From Vulcanimicrobiota bacterium (GTDB taxonomy: Bacteria; Vulcanimicrobiota; Vulcanimicrobiia; Vulcanimicrobiales; Vulcanimicrobiaceae): a stretch of DNA of 64,000 nt. Under the pieces are notes generated by a model. It had not been told where the DNA came from. It saw only the letters and a program-made list of their open reading frames with translations, and did not search any database. The first letter of the stretch is position 1. Each line of letters starts with the position of its first letter. The DNA is taken from the NCBI GenBank assembly GCA_963795855.1, contig CAWCIZ010000003.1:960001-1024000 (forward strand), read 5' to 3'. Below are positions 40,920 to 50,766 of the stretch, one piece after another. The translations under genes and the position numbers were made by a program.

Positions 40920-41654
40920 ATGAACGAAACCACGCCACGCACGTTCGACGTGCAGCGATCGGCGCAGCGGTATCACGCTCGCCATGGATGGCTCGATACC
41001 TACCATTCGTTCAGCTTCGCCGACTACTACGATCCCGCCAATTTGCATTGGGGCGCCTTGCGCGTCTTCAACGACGACCGCATCGCGGCCGGAACCGGTT
41101 TCCCACCGCATCCGCATCGCGATATGGAGATTCTCACGTACGTCTTTTCCGGCGAGTTGGAGCATCAGGACAGCATGGGCAACAGCGGCGTCGTCAAACC
41201 CGGCGGCGTGCAGTTCATGAGCGCCGGCACGGGCGTACGCCACTCCGAGACGAACGCGCGCAAAGACTCTGACTTGCATCTCGTGCAGATGTGGGTGCTG
41301 CCGGGAACCACCGGCGCGCCGCCGACGTACGGGCAAGCCGATTTCACGCGCAGCGATCGGCACAACCGCTGGCTCGCGGTAGCGAGCGGACATCGCGCGA
41401 TTCCCGCGTCTATTTCACTCACGCAGGACGCGGCACTGCTCGTCGCGCGCCTGGAAAGTCATGAATTGCGGCACACGTTCGAGCCCTCGCGGTACGGCTT
41501 CTTGTTCGTCGGTGACGGCGAAATCGAAGCGAACGGCGAGCGCCTGCAGGCGGGAGACGCGGTGCGCATGTACGCCATCGAGCGTCTCGATCTGCGCGGC
41601 AGCGGCGAGGTCGTGCTTTGGGACTTACCCGCCTTGAATGACGACGCGGCGTGA
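40920..41654 (+). CDS. Pirin family protein (YhhW-like)
   Basis: HSFSFADYYDP, LRVFNDD, HPHRDMEI, H.DSMGN, MSAGTGVRHSE. Confidence 0.93.
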   Translation: MNETTPRTFDVQRSAQRYHARHGWLDTYHSFSFADYYDPANLHWGALRVFNDDRIAAGTGFPPHPHRDMEILTYVFSGELEHQDSMGNSGVVKPGGVQFMSAGTGVRHSETNARKDSDLHLVQMWVLPGTTGAPPTYGQADFTRSDRHNRWLAVASGHRAIPASISLTQDAALLVARLESHELRHTFEPSRYGFLFVGDGEIEANGERLQAGDAVRMYAIERLDLRGSGEVVLWDLPALNDDAA

Positions 41655-42420
41655 TGCGGCGCGCCACACGAGCGTCGAGAGGACGCTGAAGAGCCCGAGC
41701 CACAAGATCTGCACGAGCAGGTAGCGCCCATACTCGGGCGGCCGGATCGCACCGACGTAAATGAGCAGCGGCGTCGAGTAAATCGCCGCGAACGGCAGCG
41801 CGAACACGACGCGCCCCAGAACGCCGGGAAAGAACGTGAGCGGAATGATCTGCCCGCTGAGCAGATCCGAAACCCACCTCACGATGCAGCTGGATCGCGA
41901 ACGTCTCCAGCGTCCAGAACGCGATTGCGTTCATCAGAAAGTTCAAAAAGAAATTGACGAGGTAGCCCAGGAAGAACGAGAGCAGGAACATGCCGAAGAC
42001 CGGCGCGGGCGGCATGTCGATGTGCACGAGCAGCAACGCGAAAAGCACCGACGGAATAACGAGAATCGCGTGCAGCACCGTCTGGCCGAAGCCGTCGCTG
42101 AAGAAATAGAACGGCACGCTGATCGGCTTCATCAGGTCCGTTGCGATCGTGCCTTCACGCACCTTTTCACGGATGAGCCGCGTTCCGTCGATCTCGAGGA
42201 TCAGCGACATGAGCAGCGCCACGGTCGCGTACGTAATCATCGAGTGCAGCGGCAGGTTCATCGGCGCGGCGTTTTGCGCGTAGAGCGCCGTCCAGAGCGA
42301 GCGGAGTAAATACACACGCACGACGAGCGAGCCGACTTCGGTGAAAACCTCCATGCGGTACGTCGCTTCGCGCGCGAACGCTTTCTTCGCGAATTCGGCG
42401 TACGGCTCGAGCGCTATCAT
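41625..42420 (-). CDS. ABC-2 family transporter permease (frameshift ~41885)
   Basis: TYR, VREGTIATDLMKP, LLSGQIIPLTFFP, LPFAAIYSTP, VVIQGG. Confidence 0.88.
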
Positions 42421-42836
42421 CCCGGTGGAACGATGAGGTCGTGCACTTCGTACGAACCGTCGCCGTGTTCGAAGCGCAATTGCCAGTCGTCACGCGGCGG
42501 CGCGGGGAAAGTCGCGTTGAAATACGTCGACTGTTGCGGCGCGATGCTCGGAACCCCGCAAAACTGCGCGGACGGCGCGATGTCGTTGCCTCCGTCGCGC
42601 ACGAGCACGAATTCCCCGGGCGAACACTGCATGGCGTTTTTGCCGTCGTTCGTGATCGTTCCGGATACGACGAGGCCGACCATGGGCGCGCTGCCCGCGC
42701 TCGTTTTCATCGGAGCCGGAACCGCTTGGAGCGCCGAGAGAAACTGCTCCTTCGACAGCGTTCCGCCCCCGTGCGACTGCTGCGCGGCGCAGCCCGCGAG
42801 TACGGCGAGCGCTGTGATGAGAAAGACTGCGCGCAC
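42417..42836 (-). CDS. Lipoprotein, DUF4352-like beta-sandwich
   Basis: Lipobox LAGC; V.GTITNDG, IAPQQS. Confidence 0.65.
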   Translation of the reverse strand: MRAVFLITALAVLAGCAAQQSHGGGTLSKEQFLSALQAVPAPMKTSAGSAPMVGLVVSGTITNDGKNAMQCSPGEFVLVRDGGNDIAPSAQFCGVPSIAPQQSTYFNATFPAPPRDDWQLRFEHGDGSYEVHDLIVPPG

Positions 42837-43491
42837 CTATTTCTTGCCCTTTTTTTCGCGCGCGATGGCCGCCTCACGGCGAAGGCGCGCTTCTTCCAAC
42901 TCGACGAACATGACGTCCACGACTTTCTCCACTTCGACGTTTTGCGCCGGAGGCGGTTCCTCGGTGCGTTTGGGTGGTTTCGCAGGCGCGGCCTTTTTCG
43001 GCGCTTCCGCGATCGGCGCGTCCTGCGCGTGGATCTTCCGCAGGAATTTCGAGTACGTCTCGGCAGCGCGCGCGCGGACTTCCTCCGACGCATCCAGGTT
43101 GAAGACGTCCGTAAAAAACGTCTTGCCGACCTCGCCGACCGTACCGTTCTCGGCGATGGTCTCGCCGTTGCGGACGAATCTCGTGCGCGGCGATGAAGCA
43201 GCCCGGCTCGATGGTCGCGCCGACGACGTACGCGCCCGGACCGATGATGCAGCTCTCGCCGATGCTCAGCGGAAACTGCATGACGCTGCCGCCGCTCGAC
43301 TTGAGCACGGCATTTTCCATGACGACGGTGTTCGCTCCGATGGTGACCGGCGCGCCCTCGGCGGTGACGACCACGCCATACAGAATCGCGCAGCCTTCCT
43401 CGACGGTTACGTCGCCGCTGAGCACGGCGGTCGGTGCGACGTAAACGCCCGCGTGGACGTTCGGTTTTTTCGTTCCGCTTGAAATCAGCAT
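42837..43491 (-). CDS. Gamma-carbonic-anhydrase-like hexapeptide-repeat protein with charged C-terminal tail (frameshift ~43185)
   Basis: P.VH...YVAPTAVLSGDVTV, VTIGANT, IGESCIIG; ends EEARLRREAAIAREKKGKK*. Confidence 0.78.
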
Positions 43492-43501
43492 GCTCTTCTC
43501 G

Positions 43502-44515
43502 TTACCGTGAGGTGGGCGACGGCTGGTCGAGGCTCGCAAGGCCTTCCAGGTAGATTCTTCGGATAATGGATTCCAAATCCGGCTCCTCGATCGTCAGGTC
43601 GCGCAGTTCGAACCGCTGCGTTGCCTCCTGGATGAGTTGATCGGGGCGAACGTGGCGCCGGTCGAACCGGTACCGGACCGTGACGTGCTCGTTGGAAACA
43701 ATTTCGGCATTGCGCAAACCCGGGTCATCCGGCGGCGCGGTGAACGTCAGCACCAGCGTGCGATGCGTGCCGTACTCTTCTTTGATGCGCTCGATACCCC
43801 CGTCGTAAATCACCGTGCCGTTGTCGATGATCACGATGCGCCGGCACAGGCGTTCGACGTCGGCCAGGTCGTGCGTCGTGAGGATCACCGTGGTTCCGCG
43901 TTCCTCGTTGATGTGACGCACGAATTCGCGTATCGCTTCTTTGGCGATGACGTCCAAGCCGATCGTCGGCTCGTCCAAGTACACGATACGCGGATCGTGC
44001 AGCAGTGCCGCCGCGAAATCGCCGCGCATGCGCTGCCCGAGCGAGAGCTGCCGGACGGGCGTGCGAAGGAACGGCTCCATTTCGAGAATGCGCGTGAACG
44101 TCTGCAGATTCGCATCGTACCGCTCGCGCGGGATGCTGTAGATGGCGCGCAGCAGTTCGAACGATTCCACCAGCGGCAAATCCCAGTACAGCTGGCTTCG
44201 CTGCCCGAAGACCACCCCGATGTTGCGCGCGTTGCGTTTGCGATCGCGGTATGGAACGATGCCGGCGACCTCGATCGTGCCCGACGTCGGAACGAGGATT
44301 CCGGTGAGCATTTTGATCGTCGTGGACTTGCCGGCGCCGTTCGGCCCGATGTAGCCGACCAATTCGCCGGCTTCCACGTCGATGTCGACGTCTCGCACCG
44401 CGGCCTTCTCTTCGTAACTGCGCGTGAAGAGCGTGCGCATCGCTCCCGCCGCACCCGGCAGACGCTTGACCGAGCGGAAGACCTTGTTCAACCCCCGCGT
44501 GCGGATGATGGGCAT
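43502..44515 (-). CDS. ABC transporter ATP-binding protein (ABC-2 partner)
   Basis: GPNGAGKST, LSLGQRMR, LDEPTIGLD, LTTHD. Confidence 0.95.
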   Translation of the reverse strand: MPIIRTRGLNKVFRSVKRLPGAAGAMRTLFTRSYEEKAAVRDVDIDVEAGELVGYIGPNGAGKSTTIKMLTGILVPTSGTIEVAGIVPYRDRKRNARNIGVVFGQRSQLYWDLPLVESFELLRAIYSIPRERYDANLQTFTRILEMEPFLRTPVRQLSLGQRMRGDFAAALLHDPRIVYLDEPTIGLDVIAKEAIREFVRHINEERGTTVILTTHDLADVERLCRRIVIIDNGTVIYDGGIERIKEEYGTHRTLVLTFTAPPDDPGLRNAEIVSNEHVTVRYRFDRRHVRPDQLIQEATQRFELRDLTIEEPDLESIIRRIYLEGLASLDQPSPTSR

Positions 44516-44567
44516 CGTGTCCTCTTTACTCCAGGCCTCGGGCGGCCCTCGGAGGGAATAGGTTGGC

Positions 44568-45170
44568 GTGGTCATTACGATCTCCAACCGCTACGGATGC
44601 GGCGCCATTGCGATAGCGCATCTGGTCGCGGACCGCCTCGGTTACGCCTACGTCGACGACCAGTTGCCGGTGGTGGTGGCCAAAAGGCTAATGACCTCGG
44701 CGGCGGCCGTCATATCGGCCGAGGACGCCGCAAAAACCATGAGCGAGCGGATGTTGCTGGCGCTGGAATCGGGAACGCCGGAAGTGCGCGGTCAGGCGGC
44801 GGCGTCATTCGACGAAGAGTGTCTGTACGAAGTGCAGGAAGCCGTTCGCGAGTATGCGTCGCACGGGAATGCCGTCATCGTCGGACGCGGCGCGAACGCT
44901 ATACTCGGCCGGCGCCCCGACATTCTACGCGTCTTCATGCACGCGCCGCGCGACTGGCGCGTCCACCACATCATGGACGGGCACCGCGTCGACGAGAAGA
45001 CGGCCGCTTCCGAAGTCGAGCGTATCGACCGCGCGCGGGGCGAATACATGCGCGTCTACTACGGCGTGGCGTGGACGGATCCGGAGAACTACGATCTCTG
45101 CATCGATACGTCGACGTTCGCACCTGCGGCCTGCGCCGAAATCGTCGTTCGCGCCGTCCGGCCGCAATGA
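44568..45170 (+). CDS. Cytidylate kinase-like family protein
   Basis: VITISNRYGCG, VIVGRGA, D..R..Y...YYG..W.DP.NYDLCIDT. Confidence 0.88.
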   Translation: MVITISNRYGCGAIAIAHLVADRLGYAYVDDQLPVVVAKRLMTSAAAVISAEDAAKTMSERMLLALESGTPEVRGQAAASFDEECLYEVQEAVREYASHGNAVIVGRGANAILGRRPDILRVFMHAPRDWRVHHIMDGHRVDEKTAASEVERIDRARGEYMRVYYGVAWTDPENYDLCIDTSTFAPAACAEIVVRAVRPQ

Positions 45171-46411
45171 TCGAACGCACGCTCCCGCGCCGCCGCATCT
45201 CGCTCTTTTCCTCGCTGCAATTCCGCGATTTCCGGTTGCTCTGGTTCGGCCTGCTCATCTCCAACCTCGGCTCGTGGATGCAACTCACCGCTACAGGCTA
45301 CTTCATCGCGAAGCTCGCGGCGGATCCGCATACCGCTTCGCTCTACTTGGGTTTTCAGGGTTTGGGACGAGCGATTCCCGTGCTGCTGCTCTCGCCGGTT
45401 GCGGGGCTCGTCGCGGATACGTGGCCGCGCCGGCGCACGCTGTACTGGACAAATACGATCATGTCGCTGCTGGCACTGATTCTGGCGGTGTTCACTTCGC
45501 TGGGGTGGATGAACATCGTCGGCCTCATCCTGATCAACTCGGCGAATGCCGGGGCGATGTCGTTCGACTCACCGGCGCGCCAAAGTTGGGTTCCGCTGAT
45601 GGTGCCTCGCGAATACATCGGAAATGCGATTGGGCTGAACTCGGTCGCGTTCAACGCCCCTGCTGTGATCGGACCGGCCGTCGCCGGCGTGCTGATCGCG
45701 TCGATCGGTATCGCCGGTTCGTTCTACGTGAACGCCGTCGCAACGATGGCGGTCGTCGTCGCGCTGATGTTCATGCAGCCGGCTCCGCCGAGCACCTCGA
45801 TCCGCGACGAACCCTTCCTGCATTCGGTCGCGCAAGGTCTGCGCTTTCTATTTCAACACAAAATTCTGGGTGCGGTGATTACCGTGTTCATCGTCACGGC
45901 GCTGCTGGTGCGTCCGTACAGCACGCTGTTGCCCGCATTCATCGTCAACACGCTGCACGCAAACGCGAAAGGGCTCGGCGTCGCTATCGCGGCAACGGGC
46001 ATCGGCGGTTTTGCCGGCGCGCTGCTGACGGCTTATCTCGGCGCTCGCGAACGGCGCGGCGTCGTTTGGGCCGCTTCGGCGGTCGTGATGTCGTTTGGCG
46101 TCTTTTCCCTCGGCTTCATTTGGAATCTCTGGGTGACGCTGCCGGTGCTTTTTCTGATCGGCACGGCGACGCTCACCTTCCTGGGAGCGTCGAACACGCT
46201 CATTCAAACGCTTTCGCCGGACGACGTGCGAGGCCGCGCGATCTCGGTCTACACGATGGTCGCGCTTGGATTCGTGCCGGGCGGAGCGTTAATCGCCGGC
46301 GGGCTCGGCTCCGTGCTGAATCTGCACACCGCTTTCTTCATCGTCGGCGCGGCCAGCGCGGCCGTGGCGTTGTGGTTCTGGATCACGCGGCCCATCTTGC
46401 GCACCGTCTGA
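45167..46411 (+). CDS. MFS transporter (MFS_3-like)
   Basis: FRLLWFG..ISNLGSWMQ, AGLVADTWPRR, FDSPARQS, IGPAVAG, DVRGRA. Confidence 0.92.
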   Translation: MIERTLPRRRISLFSSLQFRDFRLLWFGLLISNLGSWMQLTATGYFIAKLAADPHTASLYLGFQGLGRAIPVLLLSPVAGLVADTWPRRRTLYWTNTIMSLLALILAVFTSLGWMNIVGLILINSANAGAMSFDSPARQSWVPLMVPREYIGNAIGLNSVAFNAPAVIGPAVAGVLIASIGIAGSFYVNAVATMAVVVALMFMQPAPPSTSIRDEPFLHSVAQGLRFLFQHKILGAVITVFIVTALLVRPYSTLLPAFIVNTLHANAKGLGVAIAATGIGGFAGALLTAYLGARERRGVVWAASAVVMSFGVFSLGFIWNLWVTLPVLFLIGTATLTFLGASNTLIQTLSPDDVRGRAISVYTMVALGFVPGGALIAGGLGSVLNLHTAFFIVGAASAAVALWFWITRPILRTV

Positions 46412-46418
46412 TCGCGGC

Positions 46419-46471
46419 AAAAAAAAAGCGCGCCGCTAGCGGCGCGCTGCATAAAAAACGCCGGAGCGTTT
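46419..46471 (-). terminator. Tandem intrinsic terminators after the histone-like gene
   Basis: AAACGC-CGGA-GCGTTT with adjacent A-run, and perfect palindrome AGCGCGCCGCTAGCGGCGCGCT with an A9 run (U-tract on the minus strand). Confidence 0.8.
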
Positions 46472-46473
46472 AT

Positions 46474-46797
46474 TTAGGCGGCGGCTGCAGCCTTCTTCCG
46501 GCGGGATGTCTTGCGGCGACGGGTCGTCGCTTTACGAGTGGTCTTGCGAGCTGCTTTACGGCGCGTCGTCTTTTTGCGTCCGGCAGATTTCTTGCGTCCG
46601 CCGGCTTTTTTACGTCCGCCGGCTTTTTTACGGCCGCCGGCCTTTTTGCGTCCGCCGGCCTTTTTGCGGCCACCGGTTTTACGCGTGCTCTTGCGGCGCG
46701 TCGCTGACGACTTCTTCGCAGCAGATTTCTTGCGGCGCGGAGCCGCTTTCTTAGCAGCGGCTTTCGGCGCCGCTTTCTTCGTACGTTTGACTGCCAT
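46474..46797 (-). CDS. Histone H1-like K/R/A-rich nucleoid protein
   Basis: 107 aa with no acidic or aromatic residues; own promoter and terminators. Confidence 0.8.
   Translation of the reverse strand: MAVKRTKKAAPKAAAKKAAPRRKKSAAKKSSATRRKSTRKTGGRKKAGGRKKAGGRKKAGGRKKAGGRKKSAGRKKTTRRKAARKTTRKATTRRRKTSRRKKAAAAA
46570..46677 (-). repeat. Six tandem 18-bp units encoding (T/A/S)(G/A)GRKK
   Basis: Units such as ttttttacgtccgccggc with synonymous variation. Confidence 0.9.
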
Positions 46798-46852
46798 TTC
46801 TAGCTTAAGTCATCCTTTCTCCGGCTGACAAGCAGCCAGGGTTGTTGACTCT

Positions 46853-46881
46853 GTTATACACAATTACCGGCGTAAACGCAA
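46853..46881 (-). promoter_or_regulatory. Putative sigma70 promoter of the histone-like gene
   Basis: TTGCGT-N17-TATAAC with TGTG immediately before the -10. Confidence 0.6.
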
Positions 46882-46912
46882 ATTTCAGTCATCGAACGAT
46901 CGTGTGAGGACG

Positions 46913-47715
46913 ATGCGAATACAGGTTGACGACGCGACCATCGACGTTTCGAGCGACGGATCCGGCGATCCGATCGTGCTGATCCACGGCTTCCCGCTAA
47001 CGCGCGAGGTGTGGGATTCGCAGGCCGCGCAGCTCGCTGCGCACGCGCGTGTGATACGTCCGGACATGCGCGGATGCGGACGATCCAGCGCGCCGGAAGG
47101 GCCGTATTTGATGGAAACGCTCGCCGGCGACGTTGCGGCGATACTTGATGCGATCGGTGTCGAGCGCGCCGCGATCGTCGGTCATTCGATGGGCGGTTAC
47201 GTTGCAATGGCGTTCTGCCGGATGTACGCAGAGCGGGTGACGCGACTGGGTTTGGTGTGCAGCAGACTCGCCGCCGACACGCCGCAAGCCGCAAAAGATC
47301 GCGAAATCTCACTCAGCGCGTCGAGCAAGAAGATCGCATCGACGCGATCGTGGACGCCTACGTGCCGCGAGAATTTGCGCCGGCAGCGCTTGAAGAGCGC
47401 TCGCCGATCGTCGCACACGCGCGCGCCATCGCAAAAGAAACGAGCGTGAAAGGCGCCGCCGCGCTACTTCGCGGAATGGCACAGCGCGTCGAATCGTACG
47501 ACATTGCCGAAGATCTCGACATGCCGGTGCTCGTGGTGGCCGGTGCCGCCGATCGGATCGTGGGGGTGGCGGAAGCGCAAGAGATGGTCCGGGCGTTCCC
47601 TCGGGCCGAGCTTCGGGTGATGAGCCGCAGCGGCCACCTCCCGATGCTCGAGGAACCGGACGCCCTCGGAGACGCGCTTCTCAGATTCGCGCGCAGCGGC
47701 GGATCAGGTTTATAA
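46913..47715 (+). CDS. Alpha/beta hydrolase (PcaD/MenH-like; frameshift ~47310)
   Basis: LIHGFP, PDMRGCGRS, GHSMGG, GAADRI, GHLPMLEEP. Confidence 0.88.
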
Positions 47716-47848
47716 GGAAGAGGATGCCGAGGATGACCGCGGCCGCGACGGCTGCCGTGAGGAGCAGGGGGATGACGAAGTGCAGGACGGCTAGGATCAC
47801 CAGGATGGCAACCACGAGCAGTACGATGCGCAGGTAGACGTTGAGCAT
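47681..47848 (-). CDS. Small two-helix membrane protein (55 aa), absent from the ORF track
   Basis: MLNVYLRIVLLVVAILVILAVLHFVIPLLLTAAVAAAVILGILFLINLIRRCARI*; GC3-biased codons. Confidence 0.65.
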   Translation of the reverse strand: MLNVYLRIVLLVVAILVILAVLHFVIPLLLTAAVAAAVILGILFLINLIRRCARI

Positions 47849-47945
47849 GCCTTTTGCGGCTCCTTCGGGTGTACTTCTTTCATCTATCTACCGATAGTAT
47901 CGGTAAGGGTTTCGGGCCGCTTCGGCCCGCTTCAAGGAGGACTCC

Positions 47946-48104
47946 ATGGACGTCGGCGCGCTGGCGAGCAGCATGATGCTCTCGAACACCGCATCCGCGA
48001 TTACCACCGGCGTCATGAAGGACGCTCAGAACCTCGAGAAAGATCTGGTATCGCGGCTGTTCGGCTCGATCGGGCTCGGAACGGGTGTAGACGCCTACGC
48101 TTAG
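47946..48104 (+). CDS. YjfB-like small protein (52 aa), absent from the ORF track
   Basis: AAGGAGG RBS; MDVGALASSM..TGVMKDAQ..GLGTGVDAYA* resembles the YjfB pattern (VxKK...LG..ID.xA). Confidence 0.7.
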   Translation: MDVGALASSMMLSNTASAITTGVMKDAQNLEKDLVSRLFGSIGLGTGVDAYA

Positions 48105-48158
48105 CTGATCGCGCCGGGAAGGCGCCGCGCTGCGTCGAACGTTTGTTCGTTCACGCAC

Positions 48159-50766
48159 ATGGATCCGATTTTCGAAAACCTCCATCCGGACGTCGCGTCG
48201 TGGTGCGACGCGCATTTGCGCGAGCCTACGGTGCCGCAGCGTGCCGCAATACCGCTCGGCCTGGACAAGCGTAATCTGCTGATCTCTTCGCCGACCGGAA
48301 CGGGCAAAACGCTCGCGGCGTTCCTGCCGGTCATCTCGCGGCTCGCGGACCGCCGAGATCGTGACGAGCTGCATGCGCGCACGTTCGTACTCTACGTTTC
48401 GCCGCTGCGCGCGCTCGGTTACGACGTCGAACACAACGTTCGGCGCCCGATGCGCGAGATTGGGCTGCTCGAACGGCCGAACACCGAACGCGCACGCCTG
48501 CGGCGGGGCCGCATTCGCGAAACGCATGCGCGAACCGGCGTGCGGACGGGCGACACGCCGCGCGAAGAACGCCGCTTGATGCTTTCGCGGCCGCCGCACA
48601 TCCTCGTGACGACGCCCGAATCGCTTTCGGTCATGCTGGCGATGGAGTCATATCGCAAGACGCTCGCCGCCGTCGAGACGGTCATCGTCGACGAAGTGCA
48701 CGCTCTTGCCGGGAACAAGCGCGGCTCGCAACTCGCGCTGCTGCTCGAGTCGCTCGAAGAGATCGCGCCGCGAGCCCTTCAACCGGATTGGTCTGTCGGC
48801 CACTATTAGCCCGCTCGATCGCGTCGCACAGTTCCTGGCCGGCACCGGGCGAAGCTGTGAGATCGTCGACGCACGCGGGTTACGCTCGATCTCCATCGAC
48901 GTGGTGGCGCCGTTCACCGGCGCCATGGCGCCGCTGCCCACGATTGCGCGCACGGCCGCGGACTTGAGCGAACGCGAACGCTCGACGCTGGTCTTCACCA
49001 ACGTTCGCAGTCAAGCCGAGCGCGTCGCGCACGACATGGCTGCGTACGTCGAGCCGGATGCGCTCGAAACGATCGACGGCGAGCAGCGCGAAAAAGTCTA
49101 CGACGCGCGGATCGGCATTCACCATTCCGCGCTCGAACGGAGCGTGCGCCATCGCGTGGAAGCGGCACTGCGCGCCGGAAAACTTCGTACGGTCGTCTGC
49201 AGTTCCAGTCTGGAACTCGGCGTAGACATCGGGTGGATCGACCGCGTGCTGCTGATCGGCGGCGCCCGCGGCATGACGGCGGCGCTTCAGCGCGTGGGGC
49301 GCGCGGGACATCGGCCCGGTGCGGTAGCGCGAGGCACGATCATCGCGCAAGATCGCGACGACATCATCGAAGCAGCCGCGACCAAGCGATGCATCGCCGA
49401 CGGCGTGCTGGAAGAGGCGGCGATTCCGCAAGCGCCGCTCGACGTGCTCGCGCAGTGGCTCGTCGGCTTAGCCTGTTACGATAGGCGCGTACCGCTCGAA
49501 CAAGCGCTGTGCATCGCGCGTCGCGCGTACCCGTACGCGGATTTGCAGCGCGACGATCTCGTGCGCTGCGCGCAGTACCTTGCGGGCGCGGGTGCCGGTC
49601 CGGACGAAGCGCACGTGCGACGGTTGGGCTTCGACGGCGAAGCGCTGTACGGGCTGGGGCGTGAAGTCTGTTCCGCGTTTTTCGAAAACGTCGGCACGAT
49701 TCCGGACGAGCAGCATGTGACGGTCCGCATCAAGGGCGGGAACGCGGTAGGACGCGTCGAGGAAAGTTTCGTCAACGACCTGCAGGTCGGAGACGTCTTC
49801 GTTCTCAACGCGAAGACGCTGCGCGTGAAAGAGATCGGCGCGAGCGGAATCGTCGCGGAGCCGTTCGCGGGCCGGCCGACCGTACCGCAGTGGAGTTCGC
49901 ATCTCAAAGGCATTCCCGTTCCGCTCGCGCGCGAAATACACACGCTCCGTAACGGCGTCGCGGAACGGCTGCGAGCGGGTGAACCGGGGCCTGCGCTGGA
50001 GTGGCTGAAAGTTCGCTACGGACTGCGAAGCGCGGAAGCCGCGCACGTCGTTCGATACATCGCGCAGCAGTCCGCAATCTCTGCGATTCCTTCGGAGCGA
50101 AAACCTATCGTCGAAATTTATCGGATGGACCGGCGCCAAACCGCAGTGTATCACACCGGCGCAGGACGCCGCGTCAACGAAACGCTGGCGCGCGTCGTCG
50201 CCGCGCGCGTCTATTCGCAGATTGGCGCAAACACGACGCTGACGACGGATGACGGCGGCTTCATGCTGACGCTCCCTCGAGGCAAGACGCTGGCCGATGA
50301 GGCTTGGGCAGCACTGCTGCATGCGGAGAACTTCGATCGCGATTTGCTGGCGGGCTTGCGGTCCTCGCATCTGCTTCGCAACTTCTTCCGGTATGTCGCG
50401 AACACCGGGCTGCTCGTTCTGCGCCGTGCCGGAGGACGCGCGCTGCGGCGCGGAACGCTCGCGTGGAATAGTCAGAAGATTTTCGAGCGCCTCTACGCCG
50501 CAGATCGAAAGTTTCCGTTGCTGCGCGAAACGTTTCGCGCCGTCACCCGCGATGTGCTGGACGTGCCGGCTGCGCACGAGTACGTCGATGGAATCGAGGG
50601 CCGCCCGCGCGTGCTGCATCCGCTCGCGGCTTCGCCGTTTACGTTCGGTATTCTGACCTCCAGTTTCGGCGATTCCGTGATGCTCGACGATCGCGCAAGC
50701 ATGGTGCAAGCGCTTCACGAGCGCGTGCTCGAAGTGCTCGGCGAGGGCGAGGCAACGGCGGTATGA
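48159..50766 (+). CDS. lhr: Lhr-family SF2 helicase (Lhr-core; frameshift ~48780)
   Basis: SPTGTGKT, YVSPLRAL, RTGDT, TTPESL, DEVH..KRG, IGLSAT, LELGVDIG, QRVGRAGH, PLDVLAQ. Confidence 0.92.

Noticed and set aside
46570..46677. CRISPR array
   Set aside because: 18-bp units are contiguous with no spacers and vary synonymously within a coding frame; no cas genes.
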